Shown: positions 47,501 to 57,280 of the stretch, piece by piece
How positions within the stretch are numbered: the first letter of the stretch is position 1
Layout of the letters: every line of letters starts with the position of its first letter
Source of the DNA: an uncultured virus (IMG/VR IMGVR_UViG_3300021142_000016)
Lineage: Duplodnaviria; Heunggongvirae; Uroviricota; Caudoviricetes
IMG/VR virus record: IMGVR_UViG_3300021142_000016
Direction: 5' to 3' (one strand)
Length of the DNA: 64,000 nucleotides
Translations under genes and position numbers: made by a program
Notes under the pieces: model-generated
What the model saw: the letters and a program-made list of their open reading frames with translations, nothing else
What the model was told of the DNA's origin: nothing
Databases searched by the model: none

Positions 47501-48686
47501 GCATTCTTGTTATATCTGATGTAAATGTGCTATTTGTATATCCCAAAAACGCAGAATTAATTGTTTGGCTAATCTGAGTTATTGCAATCTTTCTAAACGA
47601 AGTATAAGTTGTTAATGACCCAGAAGAATTAAATTGTGGCATTGTTGACCACTTAGTTTTTGTCCAAGTTGAGCCAGTCCAGTACAAAACTATCAACCCT
47701 TTTGAATCTGTTGATATTGAAGTGCTTCCGTCTACAGATATTTGAGTACCATCAATAAACAAGTTAATTGTTGGAACAGTCATAATTGCATTAAATTTAA
47801 TAACAATTTTATTAGCATTAATTGATTGATTATAAATAGAGGAAATACTTCTTGAAGAAGTATCTGAAACAAAATATTTATAAGAAGACATGTCATTTGG
47901 CAAAGCATTTTTGTAAAAAGGAACTGGTGCTGCAGCCATTGTAAAACCTGGAGATTGAACAATTGGGCTAATAGGGAAGTATGTTGGGGAAGCTTGATTT
48001 GATACAAGTTGTGTTGAAACAGATCTATACCCAGACGGCAGGGTGCAGTTTGCATTTCCCGTAGTAACATATGAGTCACCTGGTCTAAAGTATGTAAATG
48101 GGGCATCTGTTGGCCACAATGAACCATATTGATAATCTAAATAAGTAGTTTGATAAACTTCTGGCTTTGTAAATAATACATTAGTTTGTGTTGTATCTGA
48201 GTCCAAATTGCTTGCATTGATTACAAAATTAAATGAGTTTATGCCATCAGAAGACCCTGAGGACCCAACTATTGTTGTAACTTTTGTCCATCCAAAAGAG
48301 TTTGCTTCTGTTGATGAAGAACCATACTGAGTGCTTGTACCTGTGCCATATGCACTAATAATTAATGGTATTGGATTATCTGTTTTAACCCAAAAAACAA
48401 TTTTATATGCGGGTGATGAATTTGCAGTAGTAACATAGTAATCTACGTATGCTGATCCATTACTTACTTTAAAAGAATATGTGCTAAATCCAGGCAAAGT
48501 AGTATCTGGGCCAATTGGTGTTACTGTCCCACCGCTGCTATATGTAACTGTTTCAGATATTCCCAGCCCTGCGGTAGTTAGGTAAGGAGGATTAAATAAA
48601 TTTTGATTCCATTCGGCAGAAACTACTGGTTGTAATTCAACTGCATTGGATGTTGTAAAAATTGCTGGATCAACATTGGTTAGCAT
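44502..48686 (-). CDS. large tail tip/baseplate hub protein
   Basis: FIDEYGIMRF, GNPMIQVGDVITV; follows the Dit-like gene. Confidence 0.8.
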   Translation of the reverse strand: MLTNVDPAIFTTSNAVELQPVVSAEWNQNLFNPPYLTTAGLGISETVTYSSGGTVTPIGPDTTLPGFSTYSFKVSNGSAYVDYYVTTANSSPAYKIVFWVKTDNPIPLIISAYGTGTSTQYGSSSTEANSFGWTKVTTIVGSSGSSDGINSFNFVINASNLDSDTTQTNVLFTKPEVYQTTYLDYQYGSLWPTDAPFTYFRPGDSYVTTGNANCTLPSGYRSVSTQLVSNQASPTYFPISPIVQSPGFTMAAAPVPFYKNALPNDMSSYKYFVSDTSSRSISSIYNQSINANKIVIKFNAIMTVPTINLFIDGTQISVDGSTSISTDSKGLIVLYWTGSTWTKTKWSTMPQFNSSGSLTTYTSFRKIAITQISQTINSAFLGYTNSTFTSDITRMQLIEMSPRLEIDLTNFTKDVTINKSLDSKNNFVPISSINADDAEITLSAIPVALNNGFVPVFSSQSNLSTNILANMLRKNIKFYLGWTLKSYFNSSTGSFTQPNGNTGTYIPAGVFYSDAWDETDIKDVKITAYDITRYLQTLPSPDYVANLKPVSDVISNILDLAGFTDYDYDSLYAVSNDKTMPLDLAYYYVNSKDTTLIDALSQIFLAYQIGAFIDEYGIMRFKSLSGILSSANSSLTISDSSIVTEGYSITNKAKPGKLSLRYQPPKIKQSLALQNATDPTIKNDPSFVYTTSNDVVWQQSSLDSVGFNYLYSSMSANDNKYTINKNDLLDVFHSFSLNNNGYAVIENEIVSFAYKQYTISNLDGSSPMTISVKNDLELSSYINQYIKKYATGLVISSNVDSTGSATTKSDYNVLVSPSGVDNNSQSITNVQRGLFGTVPSAHTVFSSGQSISAKNLLEGTFNSSYSLGSGTNTSWYNTKTNYPSLPGVNKIAVQAAANTKTLVYPSSTDQGYHTYSAKFDLTNQQTSASGIFFNQTGSNGSGAYFVELIKFNTATSGTASYRYVIAVYSVSGSTATVITWADVTGHANYIIANFEQVLTKVTGSGANSNYTYVASSDQTFNLKVAHYYSDGTDQTFSAGEQVGEIIEIFLNNIEITGWQIPDARTVDSTGYGVSGWTAKPKNTVTGLRQKNMLTTGGSALDFTGTNFGFYTSTKPVTISGITYPNTVSSTVTPAHLQEIYACQKPFKERSVSYYFQDREFLNGLIQGNNLFSKYKSYMMQTTPQIVGINTYDVQYTNPAAVSVDILPISYLWYYFPGTTPTDQQYYQQQTVDEYSLAYSTPINTGFRAKMAIVNNSNHMVYLSKQSDNLNQFTVNLNLWTHEIIAPSDPKVIEKIVDPVNATEVAQVDSQWIQSEQSANRLMTVIEKGFDGFSKDTQLIIFGNPMIQVGDVITVNYTLSALNQQKYTVHSVSHVFNQGLKTTLVLNQIDKGLSY

Positions 48687-49165
48687 TAGATCTCCGTAAA
48701 TTCTATAGTTAGATTTACGTAATCGTATCCCGCTCTTCTTTTTGTGACATCATATGTAAATGTAGTCATATAAGCAGATTTGATATCACCAGTTGTATTT
48801 GCAGAATCTAAGTATGACCCAGTAGGCAGGCCATTTTGTGTTGATCCCTCAAGGGCATACATAAGTTTTACATAAATAGGATTAAAAGAATTACCTTCAT
48901 AAAATGCTTTCATCCAAGCTGCGCCTTGGCCACCTGTATTATAATCTACTACGTTTGAATCCAATGTTGGAAAATCTTTCCATTCAATTTTAATAACAAA
49001 CTTTTTAGCAACAATATATTTGCGAAGTGTTCCATTTGCCATTCTATCAGTTTGTTCTATAAGTGTGTACGTCAAACCCAAAGGCTGACGATTATGGTCA
49101 GACAACTTATACCATGTTGTTCCGTCTAAAGATACTTGAACTCCCTGCGGGATTGAATACGTCAT
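48686..49165 (-). CDS. distal tail-like minor tail protein
   Basis: RMANGTLRKY motif; directly after the tape measure. Confidence 0.75.
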   Translation of the reverse strand: MTYSIPQGVQVSLDGTTWYKLSDHNRQPLGLTYTLIEQTDRMANGTLRKYIVAKKFVIKIEWKDFPTLDSNVVDYNTGGQGAAWMKAFYEGNSFNPIYVKLMYALEGSTQNGLPTGSYLDSANTTGDIKSAYMTTFTYDVTKRRAGYDYVNLTIEFTEI

Positions 49166-52100
49166 GAGTGTGAACTACCTCCACCAACAACTACTTTGTT
49201 TGTTTTATTATTCTTAGCTAATGCTGAGGCTGTGCCAGTATGTGCTGCTGTTGCCACTACATGGCCTATTGTCTTATGGTCTGCTCCTGCTCCCGCAGTA
49301 ACTGTAATGTGATTATTTATAACAGGAGAACTACTGGATCCTGAACCACTTACAGATGGCTTAAACACAGACATATTTGAAATGTTCTTAATATTTTTAT
49401 CAAGAACAGTTACGCCGTTTGCAATAGCATCATTTAAATCTGCAAGAGCTTGAGCAAAAGTATCTGATTGAGCTTGAACTTTATCAATGTTATCTTGCAT
49501 TCCAGCTTCTTTTTGGCTACCAATATAATCAACAGTAGACATATTCATTTGCTGCTTAAATCCAGCTGCTCCCAAGTAGTCACCTGTAATCAACGCATCT
49601 TTCATTTGGTTATTAAGATTTTGTTGATCCATTTGGTATTGCATTTGAGCTTTTTGTTCTGCAGTAATTTTTTGTTGTAACTTTAATTGATCTTGCAAAG
49701 ACTTAAGAATAGATTTTTCATCTTTATCTTTCTTTGTAAGAAGATCTTTAGCTTTAAGTTCTTCTGCTGTTCCCTTAAATATTGCAGTACTGCCTGTTCC
49801 GCCACTACCCGCTGCTGCAGCTGCTGCTGCTTTATCTGCTGCTGCTTTTTGTTGTGCTGCAAGATCTTTTGATACTGCAGCATTAATAAGGCCCAGGTCT
49901 GCTGCAACTGCTTTAAGATTTCCAGCTTTTTGATCTTTAATTAACTTGTCTGTCATTGCGCTTCCATTAGGATCTTTTTCAAGCGCAATAATTTGACCTA
50001 ATGTTAATCCCATTTTACCAAGTGTTGCTACACTTTGAGACAACTTATCGGCTGCATCTCCTTGCTTCTTAGAACTGTTTTCTAGTGCAAGTGCATACAT
50101 GTGTGCACCTTCAGTGGTATCGTATAGTCCACCCTTAATACCATCAAGTTTTTGCTTATATTCATCAAAACTCTTTGTGTTAAGTGCTTGGTTAGCAACT
50201 GTTAATAGTTTATCTGCTGCAGATTTTGCTGTTTTTCCTAAGTCGCCGTAAGTTTTTGCTTCTTTAGTTTGTTGAGCAGAACCTCTCCCGCCAGCCTTCA
50301 AATACTCTGCGGTAGAATCAGAAGCATTTGTTGCAGCCTTAACTTTTCCAACCATATCTTTGTGCCCAGTTGATTCAAGATAAAGATCAATCATTTGTTG
50401 TGCTTGCTTTTGATTCATTCCATTAATTGCCATTTGTGTATCTGCAAATGATTTAGCAAGCTTTGCTGCGTCCGCACCATTTGTGTTTTTCATCTTATCA
50501 TAGATGACTGACATAGCGTTATCTTTTGGAAGTTCAGAAATAGATTTAGCAAATGATTGTGCTTGAGCATCAATAATACTAAGTTGTGGACCAAGTGCTT
50601 TAACTTTATCTGTTAAAGTATCCATTGGAGTTGAAGCATTTTCAACTGCGGTACCAAAATATTGTGCAGCTGATGCTGATGGGCTAAATGTTGCTTTAGA
50701 TACCGCTGCATGCTGATGCATTAATCCAATAAGCTTTCCTATTCCACCAGCAGCTAATCCTAACGCAGCACCTGCTGCTGCACCCCATGGACCAAACATT
50801 GCTCCAGTTGCAGCAAAATTAGCTGATTCAGAAAGTATTGACCCGCCTGGAATCTTTTTAAGCAATGGCTGAATTGCTGTATTGATAATACCAGCACCCA
50901 TTGACATTCCTACACCCGCCATTAATCCTTTACCACCACCAAGCATACTTGTCATTTTAGACATTGCTTTGCCACCAAAGCCCATAAGCTTGCTTAATAT
51001 TCCCGATTTTGCACCGATCTCTTCGCCTTCTTTTGCAAGATTACCGCTACCATTAAACAAATTAAATATCTTTCCAACAATACCACCTTTGCCAGATGAC
51101 TTTGTTTCTACATCTTTTTCAAGATTATTAATTACATTTGATCCTGCTTCATTTACAATTGCTTTATTTTCTTCAATACCCTTTGCAAGACCCATGTCAA
51201 TATCAAGGCCAAGTTGCTCAAACTTTCTTGCTGGAGATGCAGCTTGTGCTTGTGTTCTTGCACCACGTTCTGCTGATGCTGCAACATCTACTCCTGCTGA
51301 GTATGAAGCCATCATTGCTTGTCTATTTCTTAGTCCTGCTGCAGGCCCTGCTCCAGTTCCCACCATCCTTCCAATTGATGAGTTTGCAGTTCCTTGATAT
51401 TGTGCAGGAATATTACCCCAATCAATTCCCAGGCTTCTTGTACCTTCTGCTCCGCCTGAACCTCTAACTGTTTTAATTTGTTCAAAGTCTGATTGTAGAT
51501 TACTTGCTCCACCTTGAGTTGAAATTTTACTCAAATATGGATTCATAATTTTATTTGCAAACTCTTCAAACTTTTCGTTTTCTCCACCAAACACCTTTGT
51601 AGTATTTTCTAGTTCGGCAATTAAAGCTTCATGTGCTTGGTTTAATTTTTGAGCAGTATCTTTTGCATCATTTGCGCCTAATTTTAATGCTGCTCCATAT
51701 GACATAGCCATTGGGTGAACATCATTTGCAAGAAGATTTCTAAGATCTGCTGCAATTTCTGGACCACTAATTGGATTTTGACTATTTGAACGCATTCTTT
51801 GATTTGATTCACGAGACATCCACATCATTCCACCAGCTTCTCCTGGCATGTAATGTCCTCTTTCAAGAGGTCCTAATCCGTCTTCAAATCCTGGCAATCT
51901 TCCATTAATCATTGCATTAATAAATGGTGCATACTTAGCTGCCTGTGCTTTTGGAATAACAGCTTCGCCTGGAGTTAACATAGCTGGATATGTATCGCTA
52001 TTTCCAGATCCTGGAATGTAGCCTCCTGTTGCAAATCCTGGAATCTCCATTTGTTGGTAAATTCTTGATTCGGCAGTTGCAACTGCACCTACTGCACTTG

Positions 52101-54021
52101 TAAGATCTTGAATACCAGCTCCAACATTCATTGTTTCAACAAGCTTTGACATGTTTGCAGTTAAGGTTTCAACAGCAGCATTTAATGTAACAACTGCATC
52201 AGCATCTGCCAACATTTTTTCACTAAACATCTCTGCAGCATTTTGTGAAGCAATTAATTCTGGCGTAAGTAATTGACCTAATGTTTTGCCACCTGTGGCA
52301 AGGTTCTTTAAATTAAAATATCCTTTTACAAGCCATCCAGTAAAGTTAGCAAGCAAACCAGTAAGCATAAGAATTGGGCCAGACAAAACTACAAAGCCCG
52401 CAATAATACCAAGTACTGTTTTAACTGGACCTGGCAATCCTGTAAAAATTTTAGCAACAGAGTTACCAAAATTCATTAAGCCAGTAGCGATATCCATAAT
52501 CTTTTGACCAATTGGGTAGATGTCTGCTTTAAATGTTTCTAAAGCTCTTTGAAATTTTGCAGTGCCTGATTCTGTTGCTTGTTGCATTTCTTGATTTGCA
52601 AGATCTGCCAACTGTCCTGAAGTTGCTCCAGCAACTTTAAGAGCATTATATGTTTGGCTTCCAACTTGGCCAAAGTTGTCAAGAAGTGCTGAGATTCTTG
52701 CAAATTGAAATTTACCAAATAGCTTATCAATCAATTGTTCTCTAACAAGTGGAGAAAGTTTTGACATTGATGATTGTAAAGCTTCAATCATTTGAACAGG
52801 ATTGCCCTGTGTATTATCTTTGATTGCAGTTAAATTAATTCCATATTGTTGAAATTCTTTAGATGCTGCAGAAGTTGGAGCAATCATAGATGCCATAGCA
52901 GACTTTAATGCGTTAGCAGCTTGTGCTGCTGGAACTCCCGCTTCACGCATAGCAACAAGCATAACAGCAGTATCTTTGTATGTACCACCAAGCTGTTGCA
53001 TAATTGGGCCAACACGTGGGATAGCTTGAGTCATATCTCCAAGCGTCATTGTTGTTTGCTTCTGAATATCTGATAAGAAGTTAACTGCGTTAGCAAGATC
53101 GTTTGTACTTACTTTGTAAACATTTTGAAGAGCAACAATAGTATTTGTTGCATCAGCGGTGCTAACTGCGCCCAGCTTTGACAAACGCATTGTTTGTTGG
53201 GTTGTATTAATAAGATCTTGCCCTTGTTCACCCATAGCTGCAAAGTTAGCTGCTGCTTTTACAGTTTCAGATTGAGCAATACCCATTGTTGAAGCAATAT
53301 CTCTTCCTAGCTGTAGAACTTGATCAGAAATCTGCTTAATTTGTCCTTGGTCTGGAGGAGTAAGACCTTCACCATAAAGTCTTTGCAATCTTGTTAATTC
53401 TGTATTTGTGTCTCTAAAAGAAGCAACGGCTTGTTGACCAAATATCATAAGAGGTATGGACATACCAACTGTTAACTGACGACCTGCCCATTGGGTATTT
53501 TTACCCCAGTTAATAAGTTTTTGTGTTCCTTGATCAACAGCAATATTATAAAGATTTTGAGTTTGCGTTGCTATATTTGTAGCATCTTTAACGGCATTAA
53601 TTGTGGTGGGCGTATAAACAGAAAATACACCTTGTTTTGTAGGATCAGCAGTAATAATTGAATTGTTTAATTTTGCTTGCTCTACTGCAAGTGCTTTAAT
53701 GCTGTTAGTAGCACTAGAGGAATTATTTTTAATTATATTGTAATAGTCGTTAAGCTTTAATTTTCCTGTGGTCAGTGCTTGACCAAAAGCTTGTGTTTCA
53801 TTTTTAAGAGTTACTGTTTGTTGTGTAAATTGGCCAGTTGACAGCATTGTTGTTTTAAATGCTGCATTTGCTGATTGCAAATCTTTTGTAAGATTAGAAC
53901 TTAATCCAACCCCAGCTACATTTTTATTAAGTAAATCTACTTGTGCTCGGAGTTGTGCAATTTGTGTATTGACGCTAGAAAAGTCGCCCAAGGCGACTAT
54001 ATTCAGTTCAACTTTTGCCAT
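49162..54021 (-). CDS. tail tape measure protein
   Basis: 1619 aa, Ala/Gly-rich, TP901-like core, FATGG.IPG.GNSDT.PAMLTPGE motif. Confidence 0.95.
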   Translation of the reverse strand: MAKVELNIVALGDFSSVNTQIAQLRAQVDLLNKNVAGVGLSSNLTKDLQSANAAFKTTMLSTGQFTQQTVTLKNETQAFGQALTTGKLKLNDYYNIIKNNSSSATNSIKALAVEQAKLNNSIITADPTKQGVFSVYTPTTINAVKDATNIATQTQNLYNIAVDQGTQKLINWGKNTQWAGRQLTVGMSIPLMIFGQQAVASFRDTNTELTRLQRLYGEGLTPPDQGQIKQISDQVLQLGRDIASTMGIAQSETVKAAANFAAMGEQGQDLINTTQQTMRLSKLGAVSTADATNTIVALQNVYKVSTNDLANAVNFLSDIQKQTTMTLGDMTQAIPRVGPIMQQLGGTYKDTAVMLVAMREAGVPAAQAANALKSAMASMIAPTSAASKEFQQYGINLTAIKDNTQGNPVQMIEALQSSMSKLSPLVREQLIDKLFGKFQFARISALLDNFGQVGSQTYNALKVAGATSGQLADLANQEMQQATESGTAKFQRALETFKADIYPIGQKIMDIATGLMNFGNSVAKIFTGLPGPVKTVLGIIAGFVVLSGPILMLTGLLANFTGWLVKGYFNLKNLATGGKTLGQLLTPELIASQNAAEMFSEKMLADADAVVTLNAAVETLTANMSKLVETMNVGAGIQDLTSAVGAVATAESRIYQQMEIPGFATGGYIPGSGNSDTYPAMLTPGEAVIPKAQAAKYAPFINAMINGRLPGFEDGLGPLERGHYMPGEAGGMMWMSRESNQRMRSNSQNPISGPEIAADLRNLLANDVHPMAMSYGAALKLGANDAKDTAQKLNQAHEALIAELENTTKVFGGENEKFEEFANKIMNPYLSKISTQGGASNLQSDFEQIKTVRGSGGAEGTRSLGIDWGNIPAQYQGTANSSIGRMVGTGAGPAAGLRNRQAMMASYSAGVDVAASAERGARTQAQAASPARKFEQLGLDIDMGLAKGIEENKAIVNEAGSNVINNLEKDVETKSSGKGGIVGKIFNLFNGSGNLAKEGEEIGAKSGILSKLMGFGGKAMSKMTSMLGGGKGLMAGVGMSMGAGIINTAIQPLLKKIPGGSILSESANFAATGAMFGPWGAAAGAALGLAAGGIGKLIGLMHQHAAVSKATFSPSASAAQYFGTAVENASTPMDTLTDKVKALGPQLSIIDAQAQSFAKSISELPKDNAMSVIYDKMKNTNGADAAKLAKSFADTQMAINGMNQKQAQQMIDLYLESTGHKDMVGKVKAATNASDSTAEYLKAGGRGSAQQTKEAKTYGDLGKTAKSAADKLLTVANQALNTKSFDEYKQKLDGIKGGLYDTTEGAHMYALALENSSKKQGDAADKLSQSVATLGKMGLTLGQIIALEKDPNGSAMTDKLIKDQKAGNLKAVAADLGLINAAVSKDLAAQQKAAADKAAAAAAAGSGGTGSTAIFKGTAEELKAKDLLTKKDKDEKSILKSLQDQLKLQQKITAEQKAQMQYQMDQQNLNNQMKDALITGDYLGAAGFKQQMNMSTVDYIGSQKEAGMQDNIDKVQAQSDTFAQALADLNDAIANGVTVLDKNIKNISNMSVFKPSVSGSGSSSSPVINNHITVTAGAGADHKTIGHVVATAAHTGTASALAKNNKTNKVVVGGGSSHS

Positions 54022-54025
54022 TTAA

Positions 54026-54645
54026 TTACACCCCTAATTGCATAAGACCTAGACCTTCGCCAATTCCAAATCCTTCTTCTTGTGCCTGCCAACCCTGCAA
54101 AGATGTAATATCTTTATCAGAATCATTGCTTGCTGATTCATCAAGTTCTACTCCTTGAATAGAAGCAGCAAACTTTTTGTCTTCATAATCTTTCTTTCTT
54201 GAAGCTTCTAATGTTGCCATTAGTTCTTCAAGTGAAAGACTACTTTCTAAATCGTCAAAGTTTTTCCAATGACCAAGTAGAAAAGCTTCGGACTCTAAGG
54301 AGCGAAGATCTAGTTCGTCCCAACTAGAGCTGCTCCCAGAAGGTTTGGGTCTGTAAGTTTCAGACCGCCAGCAACTTCAAGAATCTTCATCATTGTAGGG
54401 ATCTCAATGACTTCTTCAAACTTATCTCTATCTTTAGATAGTTCTGGCTTATAGACTTCAAGGCAAATCATTGCACCTTTAATAAATATATCCATAGCAG
54501 CATCTTCTGTTTCTATGCTAGGATCATCCATTCCTTTAATAACTTCCATAAATTTTCTTAGCTGCTTGATTGGCAATGGCTTAAGGGTGAGTGTCTCACC
54601 GTTAGCCAGCTCAATCTCTACAATATCATATACCGTTGTTGCCAA
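54026..54645 (-). CDS. tail assembly chaperone GT (-1 frameshift product)
   Basis: The -1 frame is open from CCCAAAC through SSWDELDLRSLESEAFLLGHWKNF to the stop at 54026. Confidence 0.8.
54310..54645 (-). CDS. tail assembly chaperone G
   Basis: Lies between the major tail protein and the tape measure. Confidence 0.85.
   Translation of the reverse strand: MATTVYDIVEIELANGETLTLKPLPIKQLRKFMEVIKGMDDPSIETEDAAMDIFIKGAMICLEVYKPELSKDRDKFEEVIEIPTMMKILEVAGGLKLTDPNLLGAALVGTN
54343..54349 (-). other. programmed -1 frameshift slippery site C CCA AAC
   Basis: In-frame X XXY YYZ heptamer followed by a GGAGC..TCTAGTT/AACTAGA..GCTCC stem-loop. Confidence 0.8.
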
Positions 54646-54699
54646 TTAATAGCTCCTTTGTTTAGTTAAATTATACCAACATTATGCGTATAAACAAAC

Positions 54700-54730
54700 T
54701 CAAGACCCCACCATTTCTGGTGGGGCTTGA
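54700..54730 (-). terminator. intrinsic terminator after the major tail gene
   Basis: CCCCACCA-gaaa-TGGTGGGG hairpin followed by a T-rich tract. Confidence 0.8.
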
Positions 54731-54760
54731 ATTCAATATTAAGTTGTATATTAAGTTATA

Positions 54761-55510
54761 TCAGACTGTACCGTAAACACGGTCAATTACTACACCGTAT
54801 TCTGCGCCTGCGTATGATGCGTCAGCATCATCTGGCAAGCAACGGAAGTTTACTGGGAAAACAGTAGCTGCATCACGCTTCAAAGCATGCATTGTTGTAT
54901 CAATTTGAACAACACGACGAGCAATGTAAACACGCTCTTTTTGCTTAAGATCTGAAGTATGTGGAAGACCTACTGATCCACCTGCACCTGCAGATTGTGA
55001 TGGGTCATATTGTGAACCAATTTGACGTGGAGCTGAGCTTACGAAAACAACTGTACGCTCTACTGGAGTATCTCCAACTGCACCTGCAACGAGGTTGAGT
55101 GATGCTGTTGATGATGATGTGTTATTCAAAGTATAAACTGTTGAACCTGCTGATGTCTGAACGAAGTCTGATTGACCCCATGCGATATTTAGGTTTTCAA
55201 GTGTACCTTCTGCAAGCTCTGACTTAAGCATAACCTTAAGTGTTTGCTTAAATAGACGCGCTGCGTCAAGAAGCTGATCAACCATTACTTCACCATATGT
55301 TGGTTCGTATGAAACTTCAAGTCCTGTAGATGTATAACCTACTTGACGAAAATCTGTTCCTGCATTGAGCTGAGCTGAAGCTGAAGAGCCAGCTGCTACA
55401 ATGTTTGTTGAAATATAACTTGGAGCTGTGATTGGACGAGCTGCGCCATTTTTGTTTGAGACAAAGAGGTTTGCTGCACCAACGATCACGTTTCTAGTAT
55501 TTGTAGCCAT
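54761..55510 (-). CDS. major tail protein
   Basis: NVIVGAA, VGYTS.GL...Y, strong Shine-Dalgarno, position before the chaperones. Confidence 0.85.
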   Translation of the reverse strand: MATNTRNVIVGAANLFVSNKNGAARPITAPSYISTNIVAAGSSASAQLNAGTDFRQVGYTSTGLEVSYEPTYGEVMVDQLLDAARLFKQTLKVMLKSELAEGTLENLNIAWGQSDFVQTSAGSTVYTLNNTSSSTASLNLVAGAVGDTPVERTVVFVSSAPRQIGSQYDPSQSAGAGGSVGLPHTSDLKQKERVYIARRVVQIDTTMHALKRDAATVFPVNFRCLPDDADASYAGAEYGVVIDRVYGTV

Positions 55511-55606
55511 TTTTTATTTCACCGCCTTATTTATTTTTAAATTAAACAAGAGGCATTGTTACTTCCTCATGTAAAAGCATACCATTGATGTTAAATAAAA
55601 CAAACT

Positions 55607-56122
55607 TTAAGCAAATCTGCCTGTATTTGGGTCAACATTTCGTGTGTATGAATAGTGGATTGTAATGTCTCCACTCATATATCCGCCTTCATCCGTAAAT
55701 GGCTGTATTGGATCGGTTGTGTCAATCTTAAAATAGAAGAAATCATAGGGGCTATTTTGAGCTAGTTGGACATTTACCCCCTGTGCTGCCAAGTCGTACC
55801 TTCTAAATAGATCAACCATAAAGTTAATAATAGTTTGAATTTGAGCAGAGTCTCTGGATATAACTTCAAATATCATAGACTCTTGAGACATCCACCACTG
55901 AACTCCGTAATTCTTTTGAATTACATTGTATGTCAAATATGGCTTGCCAGGTAGCAAGTTATTAAATTCTGGGATTTGTTGTGCAGGTACAATTGGTATT
56001 AAAGGCTCATCAAATCCATCTGGATAGTAATCTTGCTCATTTAAAATACCCGCGTTTTTAAATTCTTCCCACAAAACATTTCTTACATCGTAAGCTGCTA
56101 CATATGTGTAATCTGTTGTCAT
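55607..56122 (-). CDS. tail terminator-like protein
   Basis: Position; PYLTY motif. Confidence 0.6.
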   Translation of the reverse strand: MTTDYTYVAAYDVRNVLWEEFKNAGILNEQDYYPDGFDEPLIPIVPAQQIPEFNNLLPGKPYLTYNVIQKNYGVQWWMSQESMIFEVISRDSAQIQTIINFMVDLFRRYDLAAQGVNVQLAQNSPYDFFYFKIDTTDPIQPFTDEGGYMSGDITIHYSYTRNVDPNTGRFA

Positions 56123-56847
56123 CTAATCATCTCCTTGCCTTGACTTGCTTGCTCTGCTGCTCTTGCAACTGCTGCTCTTACTTGCTCCGCATTGGAACCT
56201 GTTACATTTAAAGCTACTGCTGCATCATTAACTATTCTCTCATAGAATCCAGAAGAATCCATAATTACTCCTGCGTTTGCAACATACCAATCAACCATGA
56301 ATCTTGTAAATGAATTTTTAACCTTTGAGCCACCTGGATTTAAGATATTAACTGGTGTTCCTTTAGCAATAAAGGCAATTCCATTATTACCCATAAACGA
56401 CAAAACTCTTTTTGCGGTAAATCTTACTGCAGTTCCGCCTTCCATAATTTCAGCTTTATCTCTAAAAATATTTTGCGCTGTTACAGTTTTTCCTGTAGGG
56501 CCAGGTACTTGAAGTTCTGGATTAATTGGCACTGGCAAAGATGATGGTAAAAATTCTGAACCAATTTCTAATGTTCCACCTAGCATTGAAAGCATGTTTA
56601 TTACAAACAATCTTCCTTCTGGGTAACCAATTTTTCCCCACTCATAAACGTGATGCATAGCTTTTGGATTTGATCTTGCATAAGAGTCTGCTGCTAACAC
56701 AAATCTTTCGCCCGTAATAGTAAATACTGCTTTAGAAATTTGTTCTAAAACGTAGGGCTTTGTTAACTCTTCTATTCCTAAAAGCTTGTTATCAATTTCT
56801 TTAATTAAACTATCAAGATTAGCTTGATTAACTTCCAGTTGGATCAT
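56119..56847 (-). CDS. head-tail region virion protein
   Basis: HHVYEWG motif; likely start MIQLEV at 56847. Confidence 0.6.
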   Translation of the reverse strand: MIQLEVNQANLDSLIKEIDNKLLGIEELTKPYVLEQISKAVFTITGERFVLAADSYARSNPKAMHHVYEWGKIGYPEGRLFVINMLSMLGGTLEIGSEFLPSSLPVPINPELQVPGPTGKTVTAQNIFRDKAEIMEGGTAVRFTAKRVLSFMGNNGIAFIAKGTPVNILNPGGSKVKNSFTRFMVDWYVANAGVIMDSSGFYERIVNDAAVALNVTGSNAEQVRAAVARAAEQASQGKEMIR

Positions 56848-57280
56848 TGTCTTGTACCGACACTCTTTGTAGAACTGCTTCATAATAAGCAATTTTCCCA
56901 AATGGATCAAGGACTGCGTGTGATGATGTTACTTCAAATATTGTGTTTGGCGTGTCATATCTATCAATTTCAATAAAGATTTGCTCGTTAGATGTTGAGC
57001 GTATATTTTCTATTCTAGCTCTCTTTGAAAGTAGTTCATTGCACTTAATTCTGAGCTGTAGCTTTTCGCTATACTCTCCCTCAGAACCGCCAGCAAATTT
57101 TTTGTTATCTGTTCTGGTTGAAGAACCGCCTACCTTAATTGGCTCTACTTTGCAACGAATTGTTTTTGCATAAGACCATTCACGGATAACTGCACCCGTA
57201 TTTTTATTTTGTGAATATTGCTGCTCATAAATATCTGCAGTCATATTCATAATTGATGACATAAAGGTATTTGATAGCAT
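56828..57280 (-). CDS. head closure (stopper) protein
   Basis: Position and beta-rich pattern. Confidence 0.65.
   Translation of the reverse strand: MLSNTFMSSIMNMTADIYEQQYSQNKNTGAVIREWSYAKTIRCKVEPIKVGGSSTRTDNKKFAGGSEGEYSEKLQLRIKCNELLSKRARIENIRSTSNEQIFIEIDRYDTPNTIFEVTSSHAVLDPFGKIAYYEAVLQRVSVQDNDPTGS

Noticed and set aside
37014..48686. Diversity-generating retroelement acting on tail fibres
   Set aside because: No reverse transcriptase and no adenine-variant repeat pair was noticed. This was judged by eye; a self dot-plot would be decisive.
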